From the NCBI RefSeq assembly GCF_006345805.1, contig NC_043005.1, positions 38,874,001-38,938,000 on the forward strand: a DNA stretch of 64,000 bases, in the 5' to 3' direction. The notes under the pieces are model-generated. The model had not been told where the DNA came from, did no database searches, and was given only the letters and a program-made list of their open reading frames with translations. This DNA comes from Octopus sinensis (lineage: Eukaryota). The first letter of the stretch is position 1. Every line of letters starts with the position of its first letter. Positions 1-13,558 of the stretch are shown here, piece after piece. Position numbers and translations under genes: made by a program.

Positions 1-1140
1 CTTCAACACTTATGACAAGAATATTTTCAGTGTAGCAACGTAGACATTCTCCATTAAATATTATTCTTCGTTCTATAGTGCGTCAGTGATATTTTCTAGT
101 GACGTGCGTGAAATATTAAATGTCAGATCGGTTTTGTGACAGTAAGAGCTGGCGGAATGAACTTCTAAAAATATACTCCAAATTTAGAGTGTTGATAGAC
201 TTAAATATTGTTTCCACGTTTCACCTTGAAATAATCTTTTCTTTACCTTGTCTCTTCCTATTTCCATTTCCTATTATGATATGTGTACGATGAATGTGCG
301 TATGCATATGTAGGTATATACGTTCACACGTATGTATATAGAACTGTATGTGTGTAGTTATGTATATATGTATACATGTGCGCACTTGTGTGTATATCAT
401 CCGATTATACACACACATAATCGCACTCACGTACGCAGCACGTACCCACCTGCACACAGAGACACATATACAGACATGAAAAGACGGAGAAAGGGAGAGA
501 TTTATATATATATATATATGCATATATGTATACACACACACTCACATACACACACACACATATACACGCAGAAAGATTGTGACAGAGAAGGGAGAACGTT
601 GCACTCATAGAAACAAAGATGGCAGGTTAACATTCGGTGTATACCTGTTTGCGTGTGTATGTGTGTGCTTGTATGACTGTGCGTGTGTTTTTTTTTGCGC
701 GCGTGCCTGTGTGTGTGTGTCTTACCGCATGCATATACGCGTATATGCGTGTGCTCTTTTAGCAAGAATATGTTAGATTGCACCTATGACATATGTATTC
801 ACCTCAGACCAGTACGACCGATACGATTAATTCAGCTTGAATTTCAATCAATTGCGATCAGGTAGGATTGAGTTACGTATTTCAGACAGGACTTAAAAGG
901 TGTTACAATGAGCAGTGTATGAAGATGGTGTGGTCGTTTTGCGAAGATTTCTGCGTAGTTTGTACTCGGCTGGTTATTTCGGTATACAAATTATTTTGTA
1001 GTAACTAGATGAAGTTTGTAAAATAGGAAACGTGTGTCTGAGAATATTTATAAATGGGAATTTCAGTTAAGAAAAAGGCGAGCATGACTGCTACAAAAAA
1101 AGAGAATATGTCAAGAATATAAAGGGTAAAGTTCCCGCTT

Positions 1141-1467
1141 CAGTCATGAATAAGCGTGGGATTGCACTTAGAAAGTCCCCCAGCAAAGCACAAGTCCGGG
1201 AAAGGTTGTTTATGGAATACCAGAAGTCGTCCATGCATACCAGCCTTCTATCTCTCCACGCCACCTATGTTATCCAAGGAAAAAGCAGAGGTCAATACAG
1301 CATGGCACCAGTGACGTTGCAACTCATTCCTACAGCTAAGGGAACTGGATCAACGTGAAATAAAGAGTCTTGCTCAAGATCACAGCACACAGCCCGGTTC
1401 GGGAACCGAACTTGCAACCTTATGATAGTGAACCCAATGCTCTAACTACTAAGCCATGCACCTTCAC
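1141..1467 (-). mobile_element. tRNA-derived SINE, family D
   Basis: Reverse complement of the copy at 34565-34860 (shared cttgagca..ttatttcacgttgctccagt..cagctg..aatgagt core). tRNA-like head with A/B-box-like motifs at about 1380-1467. Confidence 0.75.
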
Positions 1468-1989
1468 GGCAAGAATATAAAGAACATAAAAACAAAATAC
1501 AATGGAGAAGAGGGATTTAATATGAAGAGGTTTGCCCAAAGGCAACTCCTGCCAACCGTTTTGGAAACTGAACCTGCTATCTCACGTCATTTCTGTGTCT
1601 AAAAACGTAAGTGATAGACCATCAACTTCACACACACACACACGTGTTTTGTGATTCGAAGTCAATAAAATAAATTGCTAGTTGCGTACTGAAGTCGATG
1701 TAACCGACTAATCCTCACCTCTAAAATATCAGGCCTTGTACCTATAGAAGAAAATATTATTATAAATAATAATCAATGGAACACCCAACCTAAACTGGCT
1801 GTGTTAATTATAACAACGTAGTTGCAGTAACCCTTCCGAAACTGCACGGCAGTTTTCGACGTTATAAACAACGCATCTAGGTACGCTTTGGTGAGCTTAT
1901 TAATATATTTTTACAAAGGATGATTCTATCGCTGATTGCTAATTAATCTCATTATTTTGGTTTGGTTCAGGTTCGGTCTCATTCCTGGT

Positions 1990-2225
1990 AGGATTTATGT
2001 GGGTAGCAGATTACTACTTGTAAACTTAGGTATCCACAAGTTTTCAGCAGTGCTTACAACTCTCCCGATAATTCTTGCTGTCCTTAAGAGCCAAATTTTC
2101 TGTAGGAGCCCTACTGTACGTTCTATTTCCATCTCCTCCTTCAGCCATTTGTCTATATCTTTCCTTACTGTTCTCAAAGCACTTTACTCTTCGCGTGCTC
2201 CAAATTTACTCTTCACGTGCTCCAA
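1990..2225 (-). pseudogene. C-terminal remnant of an RLE-type (R4/Dong/CRE/NeSL-like) non-LTR retrotransposon ORF
   Basis: ORF 1995-2177 reads ..LQKIWLLRTARIIGRVV, matching the C-terminal QKxxLLxTARIxRxVL motif also seen at 3230-3544 and 9541-9780. Confidence 0.65.
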
Positions 2226-2324
2226 ATTCTTAACCAGTTGAGCATGTCCTTTGATGGCTGACGTTATGAACATATCTGATCATGAGCAGAAGTAGGGGAG
2301 GAGCATCATATCCATATTATTATT

Positions 2325-2335
2325 ATTATTATTAA

Positions 2336-2414
<79 letters not shown>

Positions 2415-2485
2415 CTTTATTATTATTATTATCATTAATATTATTATTATTATTATTATTTTATTATTATTATTTATTATTATTA

Positions 2486-2520
<35 letters not shown>

Positions 2521-2622
2521 ATTATTATTATTATTATTATATTATTATTATTATTATTGTTATTATATTATTATTATTATATTATTATTATTATTAATAT
2601 TATTATTATATTATTATTATTA

Positions 2623-2696
<74 letters not shown>

Positions 2697-2710
2697 TTAT
2701 TATTATTATT
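2325..2710. repeat. (ATT)n microsatellite; 3' tail/target of the adjacent LINE
   Basis: Directly visible tandem ATT array. Confidence 0.95.
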
Positions 2711-3960
2711 ATGTTTGACATTTGCTTTGTATTTGTACAAGTTGACTCCATGTCTCACCCAGAGACCTCAAGAGACAACAAGTTAGAATTTCATGTTGGT
2801 GTTATGCTTAGGGTGTCATATATTTGATTTTGTACATAGTATTGTTCTAGAGAATTTTTAACAAAACGTAAGAAAATTATGATCTTTTTAAATTTGTGAT
2901 TTCATAGGCGCAGGAGTGGCTGTGTTGTAAGTAGCTTGCTAACCAACCACATGGTTCCGGGTTCAGTCCCACTGCGTGGCATCTTGGGCAAGTGTCTTCT
3001 GCTATAACCTCGGGCCGACCAATTCCTTGTGAGTGGATTTGGTAGACGGAAACTGAAAGGAGCCTGTCGTATATATGTATATGTATATATATGTGTGTGT
3101 GTGTTTGTGTGTCTGTGTTTGTCCCCTTAGCATTGCTTGACAACCGATGCTGGTGTGTTTACGTCCCCCGTCACTTAGCGGTTCGGCAAAAGGGTCCGAT
3201 AGAATAAGTCCCGGGGTCGATTTGCTCGACTAAAGGCGGTGCTCCAGCATGGCCGCAGTCAAATGACTAAAACAAATAAAAGAGAGTAAAGACAGTACTT
3301 TATGTAGGATATGGGCAGTTCCCATGAGCACTATCTTTTGAATTTCTGCAATTTTGGGGTCTACTGGTATCTGACCTAGGAAGCAATCAGCCCCCTTTGC
3401 TATCATTCCTTCGGCACCTGTGACAACAGTTATTATTTTAGCCTTGAGGTTCCACATTTTGCCAATTTCTATTTCGAGATCCTTATATTTGCTCAGCTTT
3501 GATACATTTATGTCGATTGGGACAGTCATATCAACAGGAGGCATGATTTTTGTCTGAAGTCTTTCAATATAATGTCTGACCTATTCGCATCCATCTTTCT
3601 GTCAGTTTGAATGGTGAAGTTCCAGAGGAGTGAGATGTGATCATTTTCAAGAACTGGCGGTAGTTTGTTATCACACCAGTTTTAACCATAGGACAGGTCC
3701 AGTTTTTTGCAAATTACCGAGTGAATATATTGTGCTGCTCTATCATGCCTGTTGAGATACTCTGTAGGTGCAAGAAGACTGCACATGGAGTTGACGTAAT
3801 ATTAGGCTACTGCCGTTCCTTAGTATATTGACCTGGTAGTTCCTTGTAGGCAAGCATTAATCTTGGGCTGCTATGATAAACTCTTCTGTTTCTGATCTTA
3901 AGCCAGAAGCCACTAACTCAATTTACCATTGAGAGGGTTTTTTTTTACACTTATCAGTAC
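2711..3960 (-). mobile_element. 5'-truncated RLE-type LINE (3' ORF end plus 3' UTR ending in (AAT)n), interrupted by a SINE
   Basis: Minus strand reads ENDHISLLWNFTIQTDRKMDANRSDIILKDFRQKSCLLIDMTVPIDINVS..KYKDLEIEIGKMW..IQKIVLMGTAHILHKVLS (PD..D-type endonuclease region). The 3' UTR at 2711-2902 runs into (AAT)n. Confidence 0.85.
2903..3292 (+). mobile_element. tRNA-derived SINE, family A (full length)
   Basis: Head ggcgcaggagtggctgtg..ggttccgggttcagtcccactg, internal (TA)/(TG) tract, tail ggcggtgctccagcatggccgcagtc. Near-identical inverted copy at 16773-17174. Confidence 0.9.
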
Positions 3961-3984
3961 GAATATCTAAGGCAGCAGTTTATC

Positions 3985-3990
3985 ATTATT

Positions 3991-4034
<44 letters not shown>

Positions 4035-4083
4035 TATTATTATTATTATTAGTAGTAGTAGTAGTAGTAGTAGTTGTAGTAGT

Positions 4084-4162
<79 letters not shown>

Positions 4163-4186
4163 ATAGTAGTAGTAGTAGTAGTAGTA
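3985..4186. repeat. Compound ATT/ATC/AGT/AGC trinucleotide microsatellite
   Basis: Directly visible. Confidence 0.9.
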
Positions 4187-4189
4187 GAG

Positions 4190-4420
4190 AAGGACGCGAG
4201 CTGCCTAAATCGTTAGCACATTGGGTAAAGTAATTAGCGGCAATTTCCCCCGTTCTTATATCCTGGTTTCAAGTACTACCGAAGTCAAATTTACACCTCT
4301 TCCTTTCGGAAATCGATAAAATGTAGTACCAGCCAAGTACTGCGATTGATATAACTGACTAAATATCTCCCGCTAAAAACATTGCTGGCCTTGTGACAAA
4401 CTTTGGAACCATAATTAGTA
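4190..4420 (+). mobile_element. tRNA-derived SINE, family B (degenerate)
   Basis: Similar to the family B copy at 38455-38995 (gcgagctg..cgttagcac..ttcaa..ccgaagtc..cctttcgg..cgataaa). Confidence 0.65.
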
Positions 4421-5171
4421 TTATATCTTTCGTATGTAAGGTACCTTAACAAAACAAAACAGCCATTTTCCACCATAAGTATTTTATGCTGACTATAACA
4501 TGAGAGATGTTACCATTTATCTATTCGTTTGTTCTTTTTAGTTTTCCCTTGTCAAATAGAACAATGCTAATAAGGAATATACAAGGACACTTTGAAGTTG
4601 TTAATCACATAGGAATGTAAATTAGATTATATTAACTTCTAAATGACATACAAGGATCAAAAATAATAAAAGTGACAGCTTCCAAATACGAAGCTTCCTA
4701 AACAGATATACGAGCATCGGTATTTCTGTTTTTTTTTTCTTTTTAGAAAGCTGTCTGCATTAAGAAACTTTACGATGGTTATTTGTCGCCAAAACGTAAT
4801 ATATGTCCATATACACATTCACAAACACAGACACACACACACACATGCACCACACGCATACACGCACATGTATGTATGTGTGTATTATGTATGTTTACAT
4901 ATACTAGCAGAGTTAGAAGAATACCTGTAGTTCATCAGGATAAAATTTCTTAATATGATAATGAGCGTAGTGTTTTTTTTATATTTTTTTATATTTATTT
5001 GATATAAAATAGGTTTAGTGGACACTGACGAATCATTTCACTAGGGAAATGCTTTGTTTACATGTTACGAAGATCATTTTCTCTAATATTTCCGTTCCAA
5101 TGCCTGTGTGTAAATTTACAGTATATAGTGTTTATTATTAATTCACTCATAATTTAATTATCACTAATCCT

Positions 5172-8100
5172 ATGACTTGTTTACAGTATATAGTGTTTGT
5201 TATCAGTTCGACTGATACTTTTAGTCATTCGTATTCTCATAACTTATTTACGGTATATAGGCTTTGTTATCCATACACTGATACTCTTTCTTCTGCTCCG
5301 GAGAATGAAGCAGACAGAAGGCGACTGTTAGCCAGAGAAAGACAAAGGCGAAGAACAGCCAGTCTCACTCAGGAAGAACTGGACGCAAGAAGATTAAAAA
5401 AATAGATTGAAGAGTATATTTTTGAATCAGTCATAAGAAATGAGACAAGAGAGAAGAATACATGATTCAAGACGACAGGCTCGAAGCAGTGAAAATGAAA
5501 ATGGGAACCCCATCGCACAAAGGAGATATCCAAAGACAGAGAGCAGCACAAAAGTGCCAGGATGAAACAGAACAGCAAACAACAGAGAAGAAGTGCAAGC
5601 AGCAGAGATGAGAGAAGATCTAAGAATGAGAATATTGCAGAGGCGACGAGTTGAACCGGGAAAGCAATCATCAAAACGGAAAGAAATCGAAAGAGCGAGA
5701 ACATCGCAAAAGCGCCAAAGTGAAACGGGAGAACAAGCAGCATAGAGGAGAGAGGTTCTAAGAGAGAGAGAGGGGGGAGAGGAGGGAGAGACTAAGACTT
5801 GAGAATGAAACTGAAGAAGAAGCAAATGAGGCGAAGAATCGAAGAAAAATTAAAACTGAAACAGAAGAACGAAGACGTAATCGAAGGCAGCGGAATGCGA
5901 ATACCATGAGAGTTTTGCGAAGAGTTGGAAATCATGTAAATTTAGTGAATAATCATACTTATAATGAAGAGAATTCTCCAGTTCATAACTGTGGTGACAT
6001 GAATACATTGTGTCAGTTTTGTAGAGCCAAACATTTTGCTTCAGAGCGAATATCAGGCGGATGATTTAACAGTTGCTGCCATAAACGGAAACTCCTGTCT
6101 CCACTTAGAAGAGACTTTCCTCCATACTTACGATCTCTGTTGTCAGACACTCAACATCCACATTATGTTAACTTCAAGGAAAACATAAGGTCATACAACT
6201 CTGCTCAAACTTTCGCATCTATGGGTGCTCACATTGATGACCCACAAGGACGAGGTTCTTTCTGCTTCAGAGGTCATGGCCAAGTTTATCACAGGTCTTC
6301 GCACATGCATCCTGTTGAGGGCCACCACAAACAATTTGCGCAAGTGTATGTTGTTGACAGATGTACACTTGAGGTGATGCACAGATTTGATGAGATTATC
6401 AGAGCAAACAATGTCTATGCTGCATCTTACAGGACATCACGAGAAGAAGAAGTGCACGAGGAACAGCATCCTCAACAGGAACAGAGGCCTATGTCTGTCG
6501 TAAATTTAGTCTTCAACACTGCTGATAGGTGGAAATACAATTTACCATCAGCTAGTGAAATAGATATGGTCTTCAGCAATACTGACAGCAAGCCACTATT
6601 CAACAGAGATTTCAAATTTACCCAAGAAACAATGAAGTCCATGTTATCAGTTTGAACATTCTAGGGCTCCGACCTCGACCCAATGACGTATATATTTTCC
6701 ATATGGAGAGCCAGGATGGCAACCACATATGGTTGGTAATAAAAATAGAGCAAACTCAAAGCAAACTGTTACGTTGTTCCAACATACAATATCTCTTACA
6801 GCAGTTAGAGATGGTGAAGTCGAAGGTAACAATATAGATTTTGCGAAGAATCATCAACACAGGTTAAAAGTAGAATAATACCGTGTTCTTGTTGATCAGT
6901 TACGGAATGTTGCTAATTCTGCAAATGCTCGAGTAAGATGCAGAGTTATCTAGCCTTCATAATTCTCTTTGGAATATGCATGAGCGCTATCAAGACGTCA
7001 TAGCTATTGTGCGCATATATAATCCTACTGGTATCTTCCTCGCAATAACCGGCAATCCTAATTGGCAAGAAATTAGAGAGAATTTACTTCCAGGCCAAAC
7101 TTCATCACATAGACTGGATTTGGTTGGCCGTGTATGGAGTGTAAAGCTACACGAAATCTTGAATGACATCACTAAAAACATATATTTGGAAGAGTCACTG
7201 CTTGCTGCCACACCATTGAGTTTCAAAAGAGGGGCTCACCACATGTCCACCTGTTGATCATTTTGCACCCTGATGATGACTTGGATGATCCAGAAAGATT
7301 TGATTAAATTGTCTGTGCCGAGATCCTTGATCCCGTCACTGAACCCTTTCTACATGAAACAGTGAAAAGGTGTATGATTCATGGGCCCTGTGTTGATCTC
7401 AACCCTGCTGCTCCCTGCATGGAAAATAAAAATGGCCTTAAAGAATTTCCAAACGAGTATCCACAACAGGCACGGATAAACCCAAACGGTTACTCGTTGT
7501 ACAGGCAACGTCGAGGGACAATAACTCGAGTTCGCAACCACGCAATAAAAACCGATATGTAATGCACTGCAATGAATATCTGTTACGTAAGTTCAATGCT
7601 CATATTTGTGTTGAGATTTGCCTCTTCGTCTTCTCTGTAGTTCTTAGAGGATGGAAATGGAATCCTCACTAACAATGAAGGGTTGGGAGAAAATCTAATA
7701 GAAATTTCCCAAAACATGGTATCTACAAAAAGTTTTGGGGGAAGACTTATTACTAGACAATGATGAGGCAATTGAAAAAGTGTCATCGACAATCATTTCA
7801 ATACCTAAAGACAAAGATTCTCTTCACATAAACAGACATAATATCATTATTGGCTAGTGAGGCAATAATCTGCAGAAGCTTTGGCACCATCGTTGTAGAA
7901 AATAACGAAGCTGTTATATATTATCCATTGGAGTTTTTAAATTCACTGACGCTTTCTGGGATGCCACTTCATAAGCTGACCTTGATGAAGCGTTCGATAG
8001 TCATGTTGCTGAAGAACCTGAACCCAATGAGAAGTTTACTCAATGGGACCTGGATCTTACTGCTGTCCATCAAGAATTTTTTCATTCGTGGAAAAATACT

Positions 8101-8185
8101 TAGTGGAAGTAAGAAAGGAGAGGAAGCCTTTATTCCGCGCATCAACCTCCGTCCCAGTGAGACAGCCCTTTCCCTTAGTAAGAGT
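5172..8185 (+). mobile_element. Degenerate Helitron RepHel (N-terminal coiled coil, Zn finger, HUH Rep; helicase only partly retained)
   Basis: Frame-shifted peptides: CGDMNTLCQFCRAKHF..SCCH (Zn finger); NIRSYNS..FASMG..HGQVYH (6140-6655); IFLAITGNPNWQEI..RLDLVGRV (6976-7257); EFQKRG-PHVH (~7216-7255); HGPC..PCM..YSLYRQR (7362-7562); YPLEFLNSLTLSGMPLHKLTL..LLNGT..IPRINLRPS (7850-8185). Confidence 0.92.
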
Positions 8186-8800
8186 AGTTTCCTCTTATCT
8201 CAACATAAATAAAATAGCTCTTGTTTGCATCGACGAAGTCGTAAATTTTGCGTATGAAATCAAGTGCTGTACCTAGGATAATGGTGCTTCTATCATGAGC
8301 CTTTCTTTTTAAATCATCGACAAAACACAGCGTCAGAAACCGCAGCTCTTCATTGGGAAAGAGCAGAAGAGGATCAAACTTATGATAGATTCGCCCTTTT
8401 ACTTTAAAAATTGGCATAAGTTTACTGGTTGTGATCTAGCCCTTACTTCTTGAGATTTCTGCCTGCCCTGGCGCTGTTATGAGTTTTCATGCTATCTCTG
8501 TACAGGTTGTTTTGCAGAAGTTTGTTAAATACGAGGCCGTCAGCATCAGGTATCTCCAGTCATTTACAACAGTCTGTCTAATGGCGCTTTGTTTACAGGA
8601 TGTGTCACGTTCACTATCAGTCACAAGTTTGCATTGATCTGCATTCCTGGCAGCATAATCACGAAGTCTTTGTTAACGATGTTTATTTATTTCTTCTTCC
8701 TCAGAGTACATTGAATTTGGCAGTAGAAGACGTTGTAGGTGAGGCACATCTTTTTTTGTATAATTATTGATGAAAACACTATTAGAAATGAATTGTAAGT
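8175..8800 (-). mobile_element. Second Helitron remnant (N-terminal RepHel region), opposite orientation
   Basis: ORF 8175-8417 MPIFKVKGRIYHKFDPLLLFPNEELRFLTLCFVD matches the conserved Helitron FKVxGxVYHxxGxLLP..KFLQxYFxD block. The upstream boundary is approximate. Confidence 0.7.
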
Positions 8801-9249
8801 GTTATTTTCGCTTATACCATGGAGAAAAACATCTTTCGTAACAGAATATCTATAATCAGGAAGCTATATGAACCTTGATGCTGAATGAAATTACCATAGC
8901 TTGACGCTAAATTGTGGCTTCCAGGTTAAAGAGAAATTGTAAACATTCAATTTCAAGAAATGTATGACGTAAAAGATTTGAATGACAAAACATGTCACTT
9001 GTTTAGCCGAGAGAACACAGTTCCCATCTTCCCCATTCATCTGTTCCATATAATTGTTTTGGTTTCCTTCCTTCTTTCTTTTTTCCCTTCTGCTTGACGT
9101 TCACGTGATTCTGGCTCTTGAAAATGTTCACGAGGTACAGTAAGGTGCAGGGTTTTCGAGGAAGATAACTACGTAACACTTATCAGATAATGAAGAAGAT
9201 GAGAGAGAGAGATGTCGTGATATTGAAAGAGAGAGGGAGAGAGAGAGAT

Positions 9250-9299
<50 letters not shown>

Positions 9300-9540
9300 C
9301 GAGCATATGATAATTAAAAGAGTGAAAATTTGGATGAGAGTCTGAAGTGAGGCAAGAGTGAATGTACAAACCGATGTAACATAAAAATGAGAAAGTAGAT
9401 GTTTAAAGAAACAAAACAAAGAAAAAAAGGAAACCAACAATATAAGATCATAAACTTTCCCAAACCATATGATAGTAGAGATGGTACGAAAGAAAATGAG
9501 AAAATTAAGAAATACCATGCCCTAGCCAGAGATATCAAGA

Positions 9541-9993
<453 letters not shown>

Positions 9994-10526
9994 AAATGCT
10001 CTGGTAAATTACCATGCCCTGGTTCCTATGGCTTCTGATCATAACTGATTGATGTTACTATCTATATGTCTTGTCTTCAAATATTCTTCAAATATTCTGC
10101 TCAATACTACATACCTGTTTGTCAGTTGCTTGACCTTAATCAGTTAGTGGCTGACGATATGTGCTTCTCTGATCACGAGCAAGAGTAATGAGAGAGTGCC
10201 ATGGCCATGTGGTGAGAGGAATTCTTTAGTTGTTTGAATAATTCACTTCTGGGAACATGGATGTTTCGTTAAACATCCTTAAACAACCCTCATTCAAGGA
10301 CCTTCGGAGCGGGATGGGCTACTCGACCTGAAGAAAATTTGAACTAGGCCCCACTTGCAAGATCATGAGCTGTTTATCTTGATATGAAATCACCATGTCA
10401 CACACATGGTTGTGATACATATGCCTGGCGTACCCTTATCAGACGGGTGGTCGTGATGAGTATATATTGGGCTTTGTATACTTGTACGCCTGTGTCACTT
10501 TGATGGCATGCGCTCTTCTCTCACTC
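9994..10526. mobile_element. Non-coding ~535-bp interspersed element flanked by (AAT)n (family C)
   Basis: Colinear with 12091-12632 and partly with 2228-2312. AAT repeats lie on both sides. Confidence 0.8.
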
Positions 10527-10539
10527 AATAATAATAATA

Positions 10540-10584
<45 letters not shown>

Positions 10585-11359
10585 GTGATGATATTGATAA
10601 TGACGATATCTATGGTTATTTCACTGAATATACAATCGAGTCGAGAATGACGCTGAGTACTACATCGCATATGATATTCCTCACAAATATACAAAACAAG
10701 AAGGACTAAGTGTTTAAACAGTAAAAGGAGTTTGAAATAATAAAAGAGAAAAGTGGGACGGAGGGAGGGAGAGAGAAGAAGGCAGTGGGCGGAGAGAAAA
10801 CAGGGAGCATGGGAAATCAAAAAGAAAATGATGGAGGAAGATTGGAAACATTGGAAAGAGAGTCTAAAAGACTCGCCGTAAACATATTCGAAGCCAGCCG
10901 TCGTCGTCGGCTCACCAACGCAGGATATCTTTATTTATTTGCATTCATTTATTTGCTAATTCCATTTCTATAAAATTTTATCCATAATTTATTCATCTAT
11001 TCATTCCCTGATTTATTTCGAAATTAGACAATATTCAAGACTAACGACATCCATCCTCACATCAGACAAAATACTAGAGTAAACGTTTAACGTTGTAGGT
11101 GGGTGACCTTACCATAAATGCTAACTACGCAATGCAAATTCAGCATCGTTTCAGATCTTCTCATCAAAATCCGAAATAGATTTATACATATCTACGTAAT
11201 TCTATCGTCATTCCCAACAACACTACACCATTGCGAACATACCGAATAGCCTTCCTCCTGCTCTACTCTTGAAATTATTCAAATTCAAGTAAATATCAGT
11301 AGCTATTTAATCATTAAATTCATTCATGTTTAAAAGAACACGGAAACTTTTACGTATGA

Positions 11360-11402
11360 ATGAAGGAGTCGAACAGGGCGATGAAGATGGTGATGGAGGT
11401 GG

Positions 11403-11454
<52 letters not shown>

Positions 11455-11745
11455 GATAATGATGATGATGCAGATGCAAAGAAGGAGACAGAGGATGGTG
11501 CCGACAATGATGGTGATGGTAGTGGGACTCGTGATGAGGATAATGATGATGATGACGACAACAACGACTATGAAGTGGTGGTTTTTGTGGTGGTGGTTTT
11601 TGTGGTAGATGTAGTGATAGTTGTGATGGTGGAGATGACGATTAAGATGACGGTGATGGAATTTGTTATGTTAGTGATGGTGGAGGACGTGATGGTGATT
11701 GTGGTGGAGGAGATGGTAGCTAAGATGTTGCTTTTGATTTCTTAG
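11360..11745. repeat. GAT/GGT low-complexity tract
   Basis: Directly visible; it produces the poly-D/poly-M ORF artefacts. Confidence 0.8.
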
Positions 11746-11904
11746 ATAATCAGCAAGCAGCAAATCTCTAAAAGTTGTGTCTAGTTGTTGATTCAATCAA
11801 CTCTTGTACCATTTAATTACGCTACAATGGGATTTGAACTTAAAATGATGTAATTCAATACTGGAGACAATCTAGTCCTCCCAGCAGTGATCAAGTTTAA
11901 AGTT

Positions 11905-11907
11905 TTA

Positions 11908-11984
<77 letters not shown>

Positions 11985-12003
11985 TGATGATGATGATGAT
12001 GCT

Positions 12004-12090
<87 letters not shown>
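11905..12090. repeat. Compound (AAT)n/(GAT)n/(GCT)n microsatellite
   Basis: Directly visible. Confidence 0.9.
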
Positions 12091-12093
<3 letters not shown>

Positions 12094-12632
12094 CAGGCAT
12101 TGGCTCTCGTAGCTTCTGATCTTAACTGATTAGAAGTGTTATCAAGTACATTGTATTGTCTTGGTATAAAAGGTGGGATACAGCAAATATTCTGCTCAAT
12201 ACCACAGATTTGCTTGTCACTTGTTTGACCTTAACCAGTTGAGCATGTCTCTTAGTGGCTGACGATATGTACGTCTCTGATCACGAGCAGAAGTAGTGGG
12301 GGAGCATCATAGTCATGTGTTGAGAGGGATTCTTTGGGGTTTGAATATTTCGCCTCTGGAAACATGGGTGTTTCGTTCAACACTCTTAAACAACCTTTAT
12401 TCAGGGACCTTTTGAGCAGGATGGGTTACTCGACCAGAAGAAAATTCTAACTGGGCCCCACCTGCAAGGTCATGGGTTGTTTATCTTGATATGAGATCAC
12501 CATGCCGCGCACATATGGTTGTGATGCATGTGCCTAATGTGCCCTTATAAGACGGGTAGTCATGATGGGTATACTGGGCTTCGTATAGTTTACCCCAGTG
12601 TCACTTTGATGACATGCACTGCCCTCTCACTC
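12091..12632. mobile_element. Family C element, second near-full copy
   Basis: Colinear with 9994-10526. Preceded by (AAT)n and followed by aatattaataataat. Confidence 0.8.
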
Positions 12633-12714
12633 AATATTAATAATAATAACTATCTGGACCCATGAAAAATTCACGGAAAACATAAAAAATGTAAGCATCT
12701 GTAAACAGTATACT

Positions 12715-12880
12715 GGTGTCATGAGAAATATTTGCATATTATGACCGTCTGTCTTTACGTTCTGAGTTCAAATTCTGCCGAAGTCGACTTTACATTTCGT
12801 CCTTTCGGAGTCGATAAATTAAGTGTCAGTTGTGTACTGGGGTCGATCTAATTCGTACAAACATTTTAGGCCTTGAAAAG
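12715..12880 (+). mobile_element. SINE family B fragment
   Basis: cgttctgagttcaaattctgccgaagtcgactttac..cctttcggagtcgataaattaag..ctggggtcgatctaat. Confidence 0.75.
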
Positions 12881-13069
12881 TATATTGTGACAGTTTCAGA
12901 ATATAGAAAGTGATGTAACACCAATGACTGTATAATCCAACCAAAATATCTCAGTTACACAAACTTAAACGGAATTACTATTCAACCTTAAAATACATCG
13001 TACATATTCAAAGAATCTACTTGGTTTAGTGGCACGGAATGTTTTTCTGGTACTTTTTTATTCTTTTAT

Positions 13070-13335
13070 CTGTTTCATTCAGTCATTTGACGGTGGCCAT
13101 GCTGGAGCTCACCACTTCAGTCGAAGAAATTAACCCCTGGACCTTTTCCCTGTAAACCTGGTGTTTATTCTATCAGTCTTTTCTGCTGAACGGCTAAATT
13201 ATAGGGACGCAAACACACCAACATCGGTTGTCAAGCAATGATGGTAGTGGTGGTGGTGGTGGTGGTGGTGGTGGTGGTGGTGGTGGTGGGACAAACACAG
13301 ACAAAAGCACACATACATACATACATACATAAACA
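13070..13335 (-). mobile_element. SINE family A, 3' half, with expanded (GGT)n
   Basis: cagtcatttgacggtggccatgctggagc..gacgcaaacacaccaacatcggttgtcaagc matches 16780-16960. Confidence 0.8.
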
Positions 13336-13558
13336 CATACATATATTTGACGGCCTTGGAGGAAGTTATGATGCTGGCTGGTTCGATTTTGTGGTTTGCT
13401 GGTATACTGAGAGAGATCAGCGGGCCCCTAACTGGTTTTCAGATATTAGAGGTGTAATGTGGATGGGTAATGATGGAGCGGCTGGTGTGGTAGTGATGCT
13501 AGGTGGTGCGGTGATCTTCCTCACAGTACTTCATTGTAGACAATATTTTGTGTGTATG

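Noticed and set aside
5369-5825. Two hydrophobic minus-strand ORFs (124 and 132 aa)
   Set aside because: They are antisense shadows of the purine-rich Helitron N-terminal coiled-coil region.
11326-11745. 139-aa acidic/hydrophobic ORF
   Set aside because: It is a GAT/GGT low-complexity tract with equally open alternative frames.
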